The notes beneath the pieces were generated by a model. The model was given only the letters and a program-made list of their open reading frames with translations, was not told where the DNA came from and searched no databases. This document shows, piece after piece, positions 62,620 to 64,000 of a stretch of 64,000 nt of DNA. The position numbers were made by a program, and so were the translations under genes. Position 1 is the stretch's first letter. Every line of letters begins with the position of its first letter. The stretch comes from Eledone cirrhosa (taxonomy: Eukaryota). The stretch lies in NCBI GenBank assembly GCA_964016885.1, contig OZ024755.1:24676001-24740000 (forward strand), given 5' to 3'.

Positions 62620-62820
62620 ACCTGTTATTTTTATCTAAAGACATTTTTTTTCTATTCCAACCCACCCGTCCCCTCAATCTATCTTATTTCTCATTCTTTT
62701 TTTCTGATGAAGGACTAGCGTCCGAAACGTTAAGACCCTCTTCCTGCTATATCAAGTGTTAACCTAATATATCCCTCCCATATACTGTACCGATTGTGTT
62801 GTTATTTCTGTTTACCTTTT
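62617..62820 (+). mobile_element. ~200-bp repeat containing a minimal hammerhead (62700-62735)
   Basis: tttt CTGATGA a-ggac-tagc-gtcc GAAA cg TT aaga; antisense copy at 9815-10020. Confidence 0.78.
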
Positions 62821-62834
62821 ACACACACACACAC

Positions 62835-62895
<61 letters not shown>

Positions 62896-62922
62896 TATAT
62901 ATATACACACACACACACACAC

Positions 62923-62997
<75 letters not shown>

Positions 62998-63018
62998 CAC
63001 ACATATATATGTATATAT

Positions 63019-63081
<63 letters not shown>

Positions 63082-63084
63082 ACA

Positions 63085-63253
63085 GGATTGGCTGAAATGT
63101 TAAAATGTCAGATTGAATGCTTTGCGCTATTCGTTACGGTTCTCTACTCTCTGAGTTCAAACCCCGCCAAGATCAAATTTACCTTTCTTCCTTTCCAGTT
63201 CGATAAAAATCGCACCTGTCTAGTTCTGGGGTCGATTCTTGCTCCCCCTCCCC

Positions 63254-63291
<38 letters not shown>

Positions 63292-63420
63292 TCACTCTTT
63301 ATTCTTCTCCGGAAGAAATCTGCCGTAATCAGAGCTGAAAGAGGGTGGACTCCGCCAGGCTTAAATCACTACGGCGCCCCTACAGTTCCACCATGAACTC
63401 CGGGGCCATGCCATAGCATG
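63085..63420 (+). mobile_element. Old long-tailed SINE A variant
   Basis: B box GAGTTCAAACCC, conserved body, and tail ACGGCGCCCCTAC shared with ~31765. Confidence 0.6.
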
Positions 63421-63531
63421 CCACACACACACACATATATATATATATACACACATATACACATACATATGTATACATATATATTTATATATATATGCAC
63501 ACACACATATATTATATATATATATATATAT

Positions 63532-63710
63532 AAAGAGGGTGTGGTTAGATACCAGTTGGACCATAACGCACCAGACTACTCAATACTTAGGGTAGCAGAG
63601 TGGGTAATAGGAAAAGAGTCAGGACCCCGACGGCTGAGCTCTGGTGGCTTAGTTCGGATCTAGCTGTCGAAACGACCGGAGCTCAGCCGTCGGGGTCCTG
63701 ACTCTTTTCC
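63532..63710. mobile_element. Asymmetric hairpin element, mirror of 56635-56828
   Basis: AAGAGTCAGGACCCCGACGGCTGAGCTC and its reverse complement; TA runs on both sides. Confidence 0.85.
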
Positions 63711-64000
63711 TATATATATATATATATATATAATACCTACATATTTGCTTACAGTGTTCCTTACTATTAATTTTTAAAATGAAAGTTTGATACATAGGAA
63801 AGGAAAGAACCCATTCGTCAGATCGAACCAAAGAATCGATATTTCTGTTGGTCTTCCCATTGCTGATTCTATCCGCTTGCCACATCTCCTGGCTGAAGGA
63901 TCGAACGTTAACTAAAAGTATTTTGATCAAGGCCATAACGTGCAGCTAGTTCAAGGAACTGAACGAACACCCTAACACCTAAGTCGCACCCCTAAAGGCA

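Overview
AT-rich, repeat-saturated eukaryotic (animal) non-coding DNA. The SINE families and the extreme (TA)n/(TATG)n/(CA)n load suggest a cephalopod such as Octopus, but that is an inference. No intact host gene is recognisable: nearly all long ORFs in the track are microsatellite read-through, and the only protein-like segments are decayed LINE (RTE-type and Jockey/I-like) reverse transcriptase fragments. The window contains two tRNA-derived SINE families, a bipartite RTE-derived element, several MITE/Helitron-like relics and several minisatellites. The most notable signal is a set of type I hammerhead ribozyme motifs. It includes a young ~555-bp tandem array (42014-44548) with one hammerhead per unit, an unusually long stem II, a head-to-head inversion, and both ends fused by microhomology into (TA)n, i.e. 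a retrozyme/Penelope-like system. Several solo hammerheads and many (TA)n-anchored inverted duplications occur elsewhere in the window.
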